Shown: piece by piece, positions 29,613-37,475 of the stretch
How positions within the stretch are numbered: position 1 is the first letter of the stretch
Layout of the letters: every line of letters begins with the position of its first letter
Assembly (NCBI GenBank): GCA_023428335.1
Contig: JAEYYS010000114.1
Coordinates: 1 to 37,711 of the forward strand
Direction: 5' to 3'
Length of the DNA stretch: 37,711 nt
Source of the DNA: Verrucomicrobiota bacterium
GTDB taxonomy: Bacteria > Verrucomicrobiota > Verrucomicrobiia > Verrucomicrobiales > Verrucomicrobiaceae
The notes under the pieces: generated by a model
The model's database searches: none
What the model saw: only the letters and a program-made list of their open reading frames with translations
What the model was told of the DNA's origin: nothing
Made by a program: the position numbers and the translations under genes

Positions 29613-30191
29613 ATGCGCGTTTCGACCGACTGGCTGTACCCCCGCTTCACCTGGCGGCAGGGGTTGGGCATGATGGGTTTTGGCCTGGTCGGGGCCGGGA
29701 TCGCGGGCGCCTATGGCATCCTGCACGATCAGGTCACCTTCACGCTGTCGCCGGAGTATTTCACGCACTTCAAGTTCGACCAGTTCGACTACCTCGATGA
29801 CACGCTGTCGCCGCGCGTGCGGGTGGCGCAGATCGGGTTTTTGGCGACCTGGTGGGTGGGCTTTTTCGCCGGCTGGTTCATGGGCCGCGTCACCCTGCCG
29901 CACCTGCCCGCAGCAACCGCCGCGCGCCAGGCCCTGCGCGCCGTCTCGGTCATGCTCGGCCTGGCCCTGGCCTCGGGCCTCGCTGGCGGCGTCTTCGCGC
30001 CCCAGGACCCCGACCGCCTGCAGGCCTGGCAGGCCTTCCTCGACCTGCGCGGCGTCACCGACCCCGCCGCCTTCGTCCGCGTCGGCTGGATCCACAACGG
30101 CAGCTATCTCGGCGCCCTGCTTGGCCTGATCCTTGCCCTGCTCTGGCTGCGCCGGGCAAGGCGACAGGTTTCCTCAACGCAAGCCCAGTGA
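29613..30191 (+). CDS. hypothetical multi-pass membrane protein
   Basis: Four or so hydrophobic segments; conserved-looking AGAYGILHDQVTFTLSPEYFTHFKF, GFLATWWVG and VGWIHNGSYLG; host-like codon usage. Confidence 0.8.
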   Translation: MRVSTDWLYPRFTWRQGLGMMGFGLVGAGIAGAYGILHDQVTFTLSPEYFTHFKFDQFDYLDDTLSPRVRVAQIGFLATWWVGFFAGWFMGRVTLPHLPAATAARQALRAVSVMLGLALASGLAGGVFAPQDPDRLQAWQAFLDLRGVTDPAAFVRVGWIHNGSYLGALLGLILALLWLRRARRQVSSTQAQ

Positions 30192-30368
30192 TCCGCAGAT
30201 TTCGCAGATTTCAGAGGTGAACCCAGCGGCGCGGAGTGTGCCGCCTGGGCGCATGGAATGGCGAGCGACGCCCCTTCGAACTTGGACATTCCTTGTTGGG
30301 TATTGGGTGTTCCGATCGGATGAGGCGGAGGTTTTGAACCGCTGATGAGACGCTGATGAGACGCTGAT
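30190..30368 (+). repeat. composite intergenic repeat R, copy 3 (partial)
   Basis: TCCGCAGATTTCGCAGATTTCAGAGGTGAACCCAGCGGCGCG..CTTGGACATTCCTTGTT..AACCGCTGATGAGACGCTGAT; begins at the stop codon of the membrane gene and lacks both ends of R. Confidence 0.88.
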
Positions 30369-30460
30369 CTGAATGAGCAAGTGAACCGGAGATGTCGCCG
30401 ATGGGCGCAGATGTTCTTTGTGGTGGCCACCTCCGTGCTCATCGGCGTCATCGGTGGTCC

Positions 30461-30600
30461 AAACCCGCGACACCACCGCCAGTCTTCCTCGCGTGGAACC
30501 CAAGGTTACCCGACTTGTCCGTCGTAGCCTTGGCGAAGACGAATGGCCTCGGCGTATTCGAGGCTCTGGGATAGAATGATTTGTGTTCCTCTGGAGTGCT
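30461..30600 (-). pseudogene. hsdR: degenerate hsdR 5' fragment (stub 5)
   Basis: Reads STPEEHK / ..LEYAEAI[RLRQGYDGQV]G* ..VPREE..RGF with a frameshift, a stop and no ATG; aligns with the other stubs. Confidence 0.6.
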
Positions 30601-30606
30601 CGGGGA

Positions 30607-30681
30607 TCAAAGGGCTCGCGACCTCCGTAGCCCGCAGGATGAAGGAGGTTGGACGGTTTTGTGTTCTCCGGGTGTGGGCAT
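30607..30681 (-). pseudogene. hsdR: hsdR 5' fragment (stub 4)
   Basis: MPTPGEHKTVQ[PPSSCGLRRSR]AL*; ATG lies 2 nt after the DUF262 gene stop. Confidence 0.7.
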
Positions 30682-30683
30682 GG

Positions 30684-32561
30684 TCAGCCAGCAGTGACGG
30701 TTGCATCTTCGTCCTCCTGATCCGCAGGCATTTCACTAGGAACCGGATTTCGAGATTTCCAACGTCCTTTGATCCAATCGACAATCTTATCCCGACGGAT
30801 TTGTGATTCCTTGGCCGTCCAGTCCAAGTAAGCGGCGACATCGCGCTCCTGCCGTATATCCGAATGGATGTAGCTAGGACCCTTTCCTGCAACGCCCCTC
30901 TTTTTTTCGAAGTCGAAATTCAGGTAATTTGAATTGTTCTGGGTGAGCACCAAATTGCCGAGATCATGCAGGTGCATCTTCATTTCATCGAGCGTCCATT
31001 TCATGACCCAATCCGAACCTGAATCGGGAGTTTGGGGCAGAATGTGCTCTATCGTAGAGTCGCTCATGATGCCGTCCCAAGAAAGCGCAGGCCCTTTACC
31101 TTTGCCCTCGGCACCCAAAAGGTGAAGCTCATATTCGAAAAGCGTGTAGCGAAGCAGGCCGCGATGGGCATACCAGTTGTCAGGCCTGCTGATCCATGCC
31201 ACGAAGCCGGCCTCAGGAGAGTATTCTTCCATGAGACCATAAATCCAAGAAGTGACATCGGGCACATTGTGCCGTCCGCTGAAAATGTCATCCGCCCACC
31301 GGTGGAAGCTGGATTTACCAGCATTGCTTCTTTTTCCTTCGAAAAGGAAAACGCGGTAAGCATAGCACTCCAGGGCACTCAGCAGAGAACAGTAACTCTC
31401 CGCGTCTGCTTTGCCTTCTTCCACCTTGATTCGGACCGCTGTCATCAGAGGCAGGAAATTGGCAATGTTGCCGGTGTGGTGGATCTTGGTTAGCCAGCGA
31501 AACTCCTCCGCTGAAACACAGTCCGTTGCAGATGGATTCACGATCCGCGAATAGTGCATCGAAACCAGTGCCAATCCCTCCGCAAACCGTTCGAGAAAGG
31601 CCTGCGTTTCCTCCTTGGTCTTGTATCGAGCGGTTTCCATCTTCGTGGAATCGCGAAAATTGCGAAGCGGAATATAGGCATCCCCCTTGAACCCGCTGTA
31701 ACCATCCCAATTCTTGGGTGGGTAGGTGCAGTAAAGCGTCCACGCGACACGCAGACATTGATCCTCCCGGCCGAGACCTCGCGTCGTGCCGATGTTGGTG
31801 TAGGTGTCCCTCCAGCACTTGTTGACTAATTGCGTCAGTGCCTCTCGTGCATCGGCAGACGCATTCCGGTAGACCCAATGCATCAGGTAGTTCTTCAAAA
31901 GCTCCAGCACTGAAAGTCCCTTCCCCCGCGAGTTCATCAATTCGAACGTCATGCCGATCTCGGACTCCTCTTCAATCGTGTAGAACGTGAAAACCAACTT
32001 TTGTGTGATCGCTTCGTAAAGCCCCTTCAGGTATGCAACTCCATCCTCTCCCTTGGCCGCAAGCCGATTGTCAATGTGCCGCTTGAGGTATTGATGCGCT
32101 TCCGCCAACCGCACTTGATGCGTTGAAGCCGGTGCAGTTCGTGGAGATCCCGATTTGATCAAGTCATGATATAGGTCCTGCGTATCATTGTTCAATGTGA
32201 GCTTCGTCGTGGCAGACGCATACAAGAAAAGCGGAATCTCCTGCCCGAAATCCTTCTCGCCGATGCCGATGAGCTTGTGAGTCAAGATCGACAAATAGAG
32301 GCTGACAGTTGTCAAACGCTGCTGCCCATCGACGACATCCACCCTCTTCAAGCGGCCGAGATGATATGGCCTAGGAGCGTCTTTGCCTTCGTAGGTAACC
32401 ACTGTCCCGGTGTAGTGAGCTGTGATATTGTCCTCCACCAATGCATCGAGATCCTGAATGAATTCGGCCCATTGCTGCTCCTCCCAAGCGTAACCTCGCT
32501 GGTAGCTTGGAATCTGGAAAAGGTTCGGGGTGAGCAGCTGTCTCAGTGTTTGTTTTTGCAT
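30684..32561 (-). CDS. DUF262-DUF1524 (GmrSD/SspE-like) defence nuclease
   Basis: IPSYQRGYAW, VVDGQQRLTT, FELMNSRGKGLS..LLKN (DUF262); TIEHILPQ..LGNLVL..NS (HNH-like DUF1524); visibly lower GC than the host genes. Confidence 0.9.
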   Translation of the reverse strand: MQKQTLRQLLTPNLFQIPSYQRGYAWEEQQWAEFIQDLDALVEDNITAHYTGTVVTYEGKDAPRPYHLGRLKRVDVVDGQQRLTTVSLYLSILTHKLIGIGEKDFGQEIPLFLYASATTKLTLNNDTQDLYHDLIKSGSPRTAPASTHQVRLAEAHQYLKRHIDNRLAAKGEDGVAYLKGLYEAITQKLVFTFYTIEEESEIGMTFELMNSRGKGLSVLELLKNYLMHWVYRNASADAREALTQLVNKCWRDTYTNIGTTRGLGREDQCLRVAWTLYCTYPPKNWDGYSGFKGDAYIPLRNFRDSTKMETARYKTKEETQAFLERFAEGLALVSMHYSRIVNPSATDCVSAEEFRWLTKIHHTGNIANFLPLMTAVRIKVEEGKADAESYCSLLSALECYAYRVFLFEGKRSNAGKSSFHRWADDIFSGRHNVPDVTSWIYGLMEEYSPEAGFVAWISRPDNWYAHRGLLRYTLFEYELHLLGAEGKGKGPALSWDGIMSDSTIEHILPQTPDSGSDWVMKWTLDEMKMHLHDLGNLVLTQNNSNYLNFDFEKKRGVAGKGPSYIHSDIRQERDVAAYLDWTAKESQIRRDKIVDWIKGRWKSRNPVPSEMPADQEDEDATVTAG

Positions 32562-32952
32562 GGAACTTGAAATTTGGAATGATTTGCTCTCACCCTCTGC
32601 TGCACGAACGCCAGGTCGCGCTCGCGCTTCTCCTCGTGGTCGAAGAACTTGCCCCGGTTGCGCAGGTGCTCGACGAATTCCCGCTTGCCGTAGATGTCGG
32701 TGTGGAGATGGCGGAACTGCCCGAGCAACGCGCCCTCGGCCTCGGCATAGCGCGGGTTGAACTCCCGCACCTTGGCATCAAGCAGGTCGTCGAAGAACAG
32801 GCTCGCATTCGTCATTTGGCCTTCGCCATTCGTCATTGCGGCGATCCCTCGCCGCCTTTCGGCTTCCTCTTTTGTGACAAAAGACCACCCGATCTCCTGC
32901 GCATAGGCAGGATCCGAGCTTGAACCGTCTTATGTTCTCCAGGTGTGCTCAT
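32543..32952 (-). pseudogene. hsdR: hsdR 5' fragment (stub 3, longest, frameshifted)
   Basis: MSTPGEHKTVQARI / one base missing near 32910 / AYAQEIGWSFVTKEEAERRRG..ASLFFDDLLDAKVREFNPRYAEAEGALLGQFRHLHTDIYGKREFVEHLRNRGKFFDHEEKRERDL. Recognised as a type I HsdR N-terminus; similarity appears to end near 32612. Confidence 0.78.
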
Positions 32953-33089
32953 GGGTGATCAAAGGCCTCCTGACCTCCATAGCTGGAACAGCGACGGAGG
33001 TCGGCGTAGGCGAGGATCCGGGCTCCAGACCGCCTTAGCCCGAAGGGCGAAGGAGGTTGGACGGTTTTGTGTTCTCCGGGTGTGGTCAT
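32949..33089 (-). pseudogene. hsdR: hsdR 5' fragment (stub 2)
   Basis: MTTPGEHKTVQ[PPSPFGLRRSG]ARILAYA[DLRRCSSYGGQ]EAFDHP*; ATG lies 6 nt after the upstream stop and its TGA overlaps the stub 3 ATG. Confidence 0.75.
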
Positions 33090-33095
33090 AAGACA

Positions 33096-33995
33096 CTATT
33101 TCCGTTTTCGCCTGATTAGAGGCCTGTGGTCTTCCGCGACGGAGATTCGGGCTAAGAGCTCGAGAAAATTGGGCCTTGGTGACGGTAAATTCATCTCCTC
33201 TCGGGTCACCATTTCTGGCCACCGCTCATGCGTTTTCAACCACTTCACCAACTCCTTCTCAGCTGAGCGTGTCTCTGCGGAACCACGCATATTTCGCCGC
33301 AGAAGCTGAAGGAACAGGCACCACAGGTAGGCTCCGTAAACAAGGCCGAAACTCTGATAATAGAGATCAAAGTTGGATGCATCGAATCTAGGTTTTTTGG
33401 GGTCATCCGACCAGCCAAAACGGAGAAGAACAGCGGGATTGAAGTGAACAATGTCACAAGAAAACCGATAGAAAAACTCGTAGACTTCAGAAATGCCAGC
33501 CTTCTTGGCCATCTGCCACGTAGAAGGCGCGATGCTGTCAGGTTTTAGATTGAATCCGAGTGCCTTCCAAAGTGGATGAATCGCCGCAACGTGCTTTGGA
33601 AGGACGGTTTGATCTGACGTGGCTAGAATATTCTGAAAAGGTCTATTCTTCCGGAAAAAAGACGTCTGTGTGAGAACATTCGTATGGATCTCGTGCGCTA
33701 GCCAATTTGACAAGATGTCGTCGCGTTGAGTATTCGGAACATCCTGCAGCAAGCTCAGAACGATAAGATCCTCGCAGCTGCCGCGCAGTGTGCCAGCAAT
33801 GAAGAAAGCGGGAATTGGCTCTTTCTGTAATGAGAGCCTAATAATCGAAGCGTTGAAGTCGAACAGCTTCGAGAGCGCTGACCGAACACAGCAATCAAAC
33901 ATTCGCCCCTTCCTGAGCCCTCCGACTCGTCGGGTTTCCAGCCAAGGATCAAATTTTGCGTATATAGCCTGCAATTCTTTGGCGGCTTTCTTCAT
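33096..33995 (-). CDS. hypothetical protein, DUF5677/HEPN-like, candidate defence gene
   Basis: Intact 299-aa lower-GC ORF, predicted helical, with LRGSCED and YEFFYRFSCDIVH (Rx6H) motifs. Confidence 0.6.
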   Translation of the reverse strand: MKKAAKELQAIYAKFDPWLETRRVGGLRKGRMFDCCVRSALSKLFDFNASIIRLSLQKEPIPAFFIAGTLRGSCEDLIVLSLLQDVPNTQRDDILSNWLAHEIHTNVLTQTSFFRKNRPFQNILATSDQTVLPKHVAAIHPLWKALGFNLKPDSIAPSTWQMAKKAGISEVYEFFYRFSCDIVHFNPAVLLRFGWSDDPKKPRFDASNFDLYYQSFGLVYGAYLWCLFLQLLRRNMRGSAETRSAEKELVKWLKTHERWPEMVTREEMNLPSPRPNFLELLARISVAEDHRPLIRRKRK

Positions 33996-34126
33996 AGGCG
34001 ACTATGCAATGGGGTGAATCCGCGCCGCCGCTCGGCTTCCTCACGGGACACCATCGTCCAGCCAATGGTCTCGGCGTAGGCGAGGATCCGGGCTTGGACG
34101 GTTTTGTGTTCTCCGGGTGTGGACAT
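33992..34126 (-). pseudogene. hsdR: hsdR 5' fragment (stub 1)
   Basis: MSTPGEHKTVQARILAYAETIGWTMVSREEAERRRGFTPLHSRL* (44 aa); ATG lies 9 nt after the CD-NTase stop and its TGA overlaps the next ATG. Confidence 0.8.
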
Positions 34127-34135
34127 GTCTGCGAT

Positions 34136-35590
34136 CTACATGATGTTGACAACGAAAGGACCGCTTCGGGCCAAGCAGACCTCGTCGCGGACGACAAAAA
34201 ACTCAACCCAGTGCATTCCCCGGTAAAGCGTGCGTTCGTTCCTCGAGGGCCTCTCGATCATCGTCGTGCTGCGAAGCCCTGATTGCCCAACCGAACCGGA
34301 TGGAACGATCTGCCCCCGGTGGCAGCCCTTAGAAACGGCGTCTGTGCCCGTATTGACGACTTGCCAATAAACTTGGTATGGCGGCGGCACATTGGTTTCA
34401 CCGAAGAATCGGAGATACAAATGCTTGTCGAGCGCAGGTCCGTTGTTTGGGAACTCCCTCCAGTTGATTCCATGTTCACTGGTGTTCCATCTTCCGCGTA
34501 TCGTCGCGGTGTGACTGTTCAGCATGGGCCACGGAGGCTTCTCTGCCCAAGGCACATCGAATACAGACCTACCCGCATTCGCTGCTACAGCCTCGGATTT
34601 AACCACCCTTGTCGCTTCATCGTATTCCGCAAAGAAACCGTCACTCTTAAAAACCCAATCCCAGACGGCCCGTGCATCCTTTTCAGTCTCCTTCGAGCTT
34701 TCATCCAACACCTCGATCTCCCGGAGTGCTTCCTGAATCTTTTCCTGCAAAGCCACGACATTATCGTCGCAAGTAGTGCGAGTGATCATCGGTTGTTCGG
34801 GATGTGCGCGGTTATGAATAGCCTTGTTTAAATCAAGGCGTTCATCAATCCGTTCGAGAAGGCACCGAAATGCGACATCGATCCTTGCCTCGTAAGGTGG
34901 CTGACACTCATCGACAAGCATCGATAGCTTCATGCCGTTCGGTAGCAATTCGAGCCAGTCTTTTCTACTCCGACAGAAACGCTTCAAGAGTTGGATAAGA
35001 TTCCGGAACTGAGTCCCCCAGCCGTCTACCGCCTTATTACGATCTGCGACGATAGTGTTGAACCAGTCGTTTACTTGGGTGGGGTTTGATCGAACCCAAT
35101 TTGATTCCGATGCAAGTTCCTGCACTACTTCATTGTCTTCGGTCGTCCACCGGCGATAAACAGGAAAGTCCACGTGATGCTTTTCCTCGTCTTTGTCCGC
35201 GTAAAATACTCGAACACAATTCGTGAAGAGTTTCGGCTGACGGTTAAATCGTTTGTCCTTCAACGCATCTCGGACGGCCTCCCTCACTTCTGATGAGGTC
35301 ATTTCGCTGCCATCAGCTTTTTTGAGCTGGCTTCTCGTGATCAATAGCCCATCGTCGATGTCATATTCCTCATCGACAAACTTGGTCTGAACGACAGTGC
35401 CCATAGCAACAGAACCTTGAGGCTTGAAGTTGCTCTCACCGATACTGGCACGCGGAATAAAGTCCGAAAGACGGCTAATCAGGCGGTCTCTGTTCGCCTT
35501 TCGACGGTCAAGCAATTTATCCTTGAACAGCGAGGGTAGTCTGACCCGTTTGTCGCGAAATGCTTCCAGTTGGACGGAATAATCGAACAT
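34136..35590 (-). CDS. CBASS cGAS/DncV-like nucleotidyltransferase (CD-NTase) with a C-terminal AGS-C domain
   Basis: QGSVAMGT..YDIDDG, HVDFPVY, SNP..WF, LLKRF (SMODS core); LDKHLYLRF..YWQVVNTG..RGQI..ERTLYRGMHWVEFFVV (AGS-C). Confidence 0.9.
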   Translation of the reverse strand: MFDYSVQLEAFRDKRVRLPSLFKDKLLDRRKANRDRLISRLSDFIPRASIGESNFKPQGSVAMGTVVQTKFVDEEYDIDDGLLITRSQLKKADGSEMTSSEVREAVRDALKDKRFNRQPKLFTNCVRVFYADKDEEKHHVDFPVYRRWTTEDNEVVQELASESNWVRSNPTQVNDWFNTIVADRNKAVDGWGTQFRNLIQLLKRFCRSRKDWLELLPNGMKLSMLVDECQPPYEARIDVAFRCLLERIDERLDLNKAIHNRAHPEQPMITRTTCDDNVVALQEKIQEALREIEVLDESSKETEKDARAVWDWVFKSDGFFAEYDEATRVVKSEAVAANAGRSVFDVPWAEKPPWPMLNSHTATIRGRWNTSEHGINWREFPNNGPALDKHLYLRFFGETNVPPPYQVYWQVVNTGTDAVSKGCHRGQIVPSGSVGQSGLRSTTMIERPSRNERTLYRGMHWVEFFVVRDEVCLARSGPFVVNIM

Positions 35591-35592
35591 CG

Positions 35593-36345
35593 TTAGGTTG
35601 CGCTAAGGGTTCGGGCATACGCCATCCAATCGACAGCAGGCACGGTCGCCAGCGATTGCAGCTTCGAAAGAAGGCGAAACGCAAAGTAGGCGAGTGCGTT
35701 TTCCTTCGGGCCGAAAGTGTAGGCATTCTCACCATCAAAAACATCAAAACAGGAGCCGCTTGCGGCAAATCCGCAATCCAGCCTGAGGTCGCCGATCAGT
35801 GTTGAATGATTCTCACGAAAGCTTTCGCTCAGGCCGTCCGTCCATCCCACCTCAGTTGCGAGAATACCAGCAATGATTGAGAACGGCTTTTTCGCAGGGA
35901 GGACACCACCTGCGTGATGAATTTCAACTGAGGTCCGATGCAGTATGCGAACAGACTGTGCCTTCTTGGCCGCATATTCCAAATACTCCTTATCGATCTT
36001 TGGCTTGCACTCGAAGACAGCGTAAACCGCCTCAGCCGGAACGTAGCGGTGTTTGTCGTTATCAAGCAGCGTCGGAGTGTATTGGCGGTCGAAGACGACC
36101 ACATCGATCGAATGGCTCACTGCGCCGGTGCTATCGATCACAATTGCCTTCTCCACCGTGTAGCGGTTCGGAAGGTAGGCCCGGAGGAAATCGATGAAGA
36201 ATTGCTCGTTCACCTCGCCCCTGTCTCCTTTGTGCGTGATCCGGAGTGATGACTTCAGGTTTGCCAACAAGCACGTTTGTTCAGATGCAAACGCATCCCG
36301 TAGAAATTGAGCATTTGCCTGAGGTGTGTCGTCTTCTGGTTCCAT
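35593..36345 (-). CDS. nucC: NucC cyclic-oligonucleotide-activated endonuclease
   Basis: HKGDRGEVNE..YLPNRY, IDVVVFDRQYTP, VPAEAVYAVFECK (ID..ExK active site), SVRILHRTS..HAGG, LQSLATVPAVD..AY match NucC along its length. ATG at 36345 is preferred over TTG at 36375. Confidence 0.92.
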   Translation of the reverse strand: MEPEDDTPQANAQFLRDAFASEQTCLLANLKSSLRITHKGDRGEVNEQFFIDFLRAYLPNRYTVEKAIVIDSTGAVSHSIDVVVFDRQYTPTLLDNDKHRYVPAEAVYAVFECKPKIDKEYLEYAAKKAQSVRILHRTSVEIHHAGGVLPAKKPFSIIAGILATEVGWTDGLSESFRENHSTLIGDLRLDCGFAASGSCFDVFDGENAYTFGPKENALAYFAFRLLSKLQSLATVPAVDWMAYARTLSAT

Positions 36346-36355
36346 AAGTCGATAG

Positions 36356-36636
36356 TTAGAATGAAAGTGCTCCAACGCGGGTCTTCGCGGTCATCAGTTC
36401 GTGAAGGAGGGTGTGGAAGAGGTTTGGAGTTGGCTTTGCATTCGGCCCGTGGTTTCAGGCTTCAGGTTAAAACCTGCCCGGCAGTCCGCCATCGCGGACT
36501 GCTCGTCGCGCGAAGGTGGCGAGGACTTCCCGACTGTGATCCCTGGAACTTTGGCCATGGCTATGTCGGACTGGCCGGTGACTCCGTGTGAGCCAGCCAC
36601 TGGGAGGGGCCTCACGCGAATCTCCCCGGGCTTCAT
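36356..36636 (-). pseudogene. hsdS: hsdS remnant (C-terminal conserved region; target recognition domains deleted)
   Basis: PPSRDEQSAMAD..QSQLQ / -1 frameshift near 36423 / LFHTLLHELMTAKTRVGALSF* matches the typical HsdS ending (P..EQ..IA..L..LF..LLHELMT.K.RV). ATG overlaps the KilA-N stop. Confidence 0.72.
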
Positions 36637-37475
36637 TCCGCGCCTCCCTTCAACTGCTTCACCGTCCGCGCGGTGAGGGTCTGCATCTGGCGGATGGCGA
36701 TGGCATTGAGGCGTTTCAGGCGGTCGCTTTGCGGCAGCCCCATGTGGATGAACTCGGCGTTCATGTTCTCTAGGTTCGCTAGGACGAGGAGTTGCTCCAG
36801 CGTGGCGTGATCGCGCATGTTGCCCTCCAGGCCGGGGTTGGCGTCGCGCCATTCGCGGGCGGTCTGGCCAAAGAGGGCGACGTTGAGCAGGTCAGCTTCA
36901 TTGGCGTAGGTGATGGCAGCCTGCTTCGCGGTGACCTCGGGCGGGATGAGGTGGGTCTGGATGGCGTCGGTATGGAGACGGTAATTGATCTTCGCCAGGG
37001 TGCGGTTGAGGTTCCAAGCGAGGGAGAGGCGGCGGTTCTCGTCTTCCTTGAGACGCTGGAATTCCTTGATCAGGTAGAGTTTGAATTCCACCGAGACCCA
37101 TGAGGCGAATTCAAAGGCCACATCGATGTGGGCGTAGGTGCCTCCGTAGCGCCCTGCTCTGGAGACGAGGCCAGTGGCGGCGGTCTTCTCGATCCACTGC
37201 TTCGGGGTGAGGGTGAAGCTGTTCAGGCCGGCCTGTTTTTTAATCCCGTCGAATTCGACGGGATTAAAACCGGGGTTGTGGAGTTGCTCCCAGATGCCGA
37301 GGAGCTCCAGTGTGTTGCGGTTGCGGAGCCAGTTGCGAATGAGGTCGTCCGGGTGATCGGCATTCTTCGACTTGGCGATGTCCGTGAGCGAAATGTAGTC
37401 CTCGTTTCCGTGTCGGATGATGGTGATCTCCGTGTCCCTCACGTGGATCGTGGCGCTGGTCGGCTTCTTTTTCAT
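36633..37475 (-). CDS. KilA-N domain DNA-binding protein
   Basis: DYISLTDIAK..IRNWLRNRNTLELLGIWE..NPGFNPVEFDG, SRAGRYGGTYAHIDVAFEFASWVSVEFKLYLIKEFQRLK; this family is often embedded in type I RM loci. Confidence 0.92.
   Translation of the reverse strand: MKKKPTSATIHVRDTEITIIRHGNEDYISLTDIAKSKNADHPDDLIRNWLRNRNTLELLGIWEQLHNPGFNPVEFDGIKKQAGLNSFTLTPKQWIEKTAATGLVSRAGRYGGTYAHIDVAFEFASWVSVEFKLYLIKEFQRLKEDENRRLSLAWNLNRTLAKINYRLHTDAIQTHLIPPEVTAKQAAITYANEADLLNVALFGQTAREWRDANPGLEGNMRDHATLEQLLVLANLENMNAEFIHMGLPQSDRLKRLNAIAIRQMQTLTARTVKQLKGGAE

Noticed and set aside
28081..30368. Repeat R considered as an IS, tRNA or CRISPR, and the ORFs called across it (28219-28434, 29267-29671, 30104-30451)
   Set aside because: No transposase, terminal inverted repeats, cloverleaf or repeat-spacer periodicity. 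The ORFs are not conserved in frame between copies.
32543..32836. 97-aa ORF as an independent small gene
   Set aside because: It is the post-frameshift part of hsdR stub 3, and its MTNGEGQMTN start comes from a short ATGACGAATG duplication.
33190..33225. WPEMVTREE in the DUF5677-like protein resembles WTMVSREE in the hsdR stubs
   Set aside because: The match is too short, has no flanking similarity and lies inside an intact ORF, so it is probably coincidental.
30461..34126. Recurrent 33-bp motif considered as a CRISPR repeat or attC site
   Set aside because: Spacing is gene-sized and irregular, no cas genes are present, there is no AAC/GTT hairpin structure, and the motif translates as a conserved protein N-terminus.
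36346..36375. TTG start for nucC given in the ORF track
   Set aside because: It overlaps the hsdS remnant's last codons. ATG at 36345, 10 nt after that stop, gives a NucC-sized protein.
36394..36852. 152-aa minus-strand ORF as a real gene
   Set aside because: The first half overlaps kilA-N out of frame, and the rest is better explained as the frameshifted hsdS remnant.
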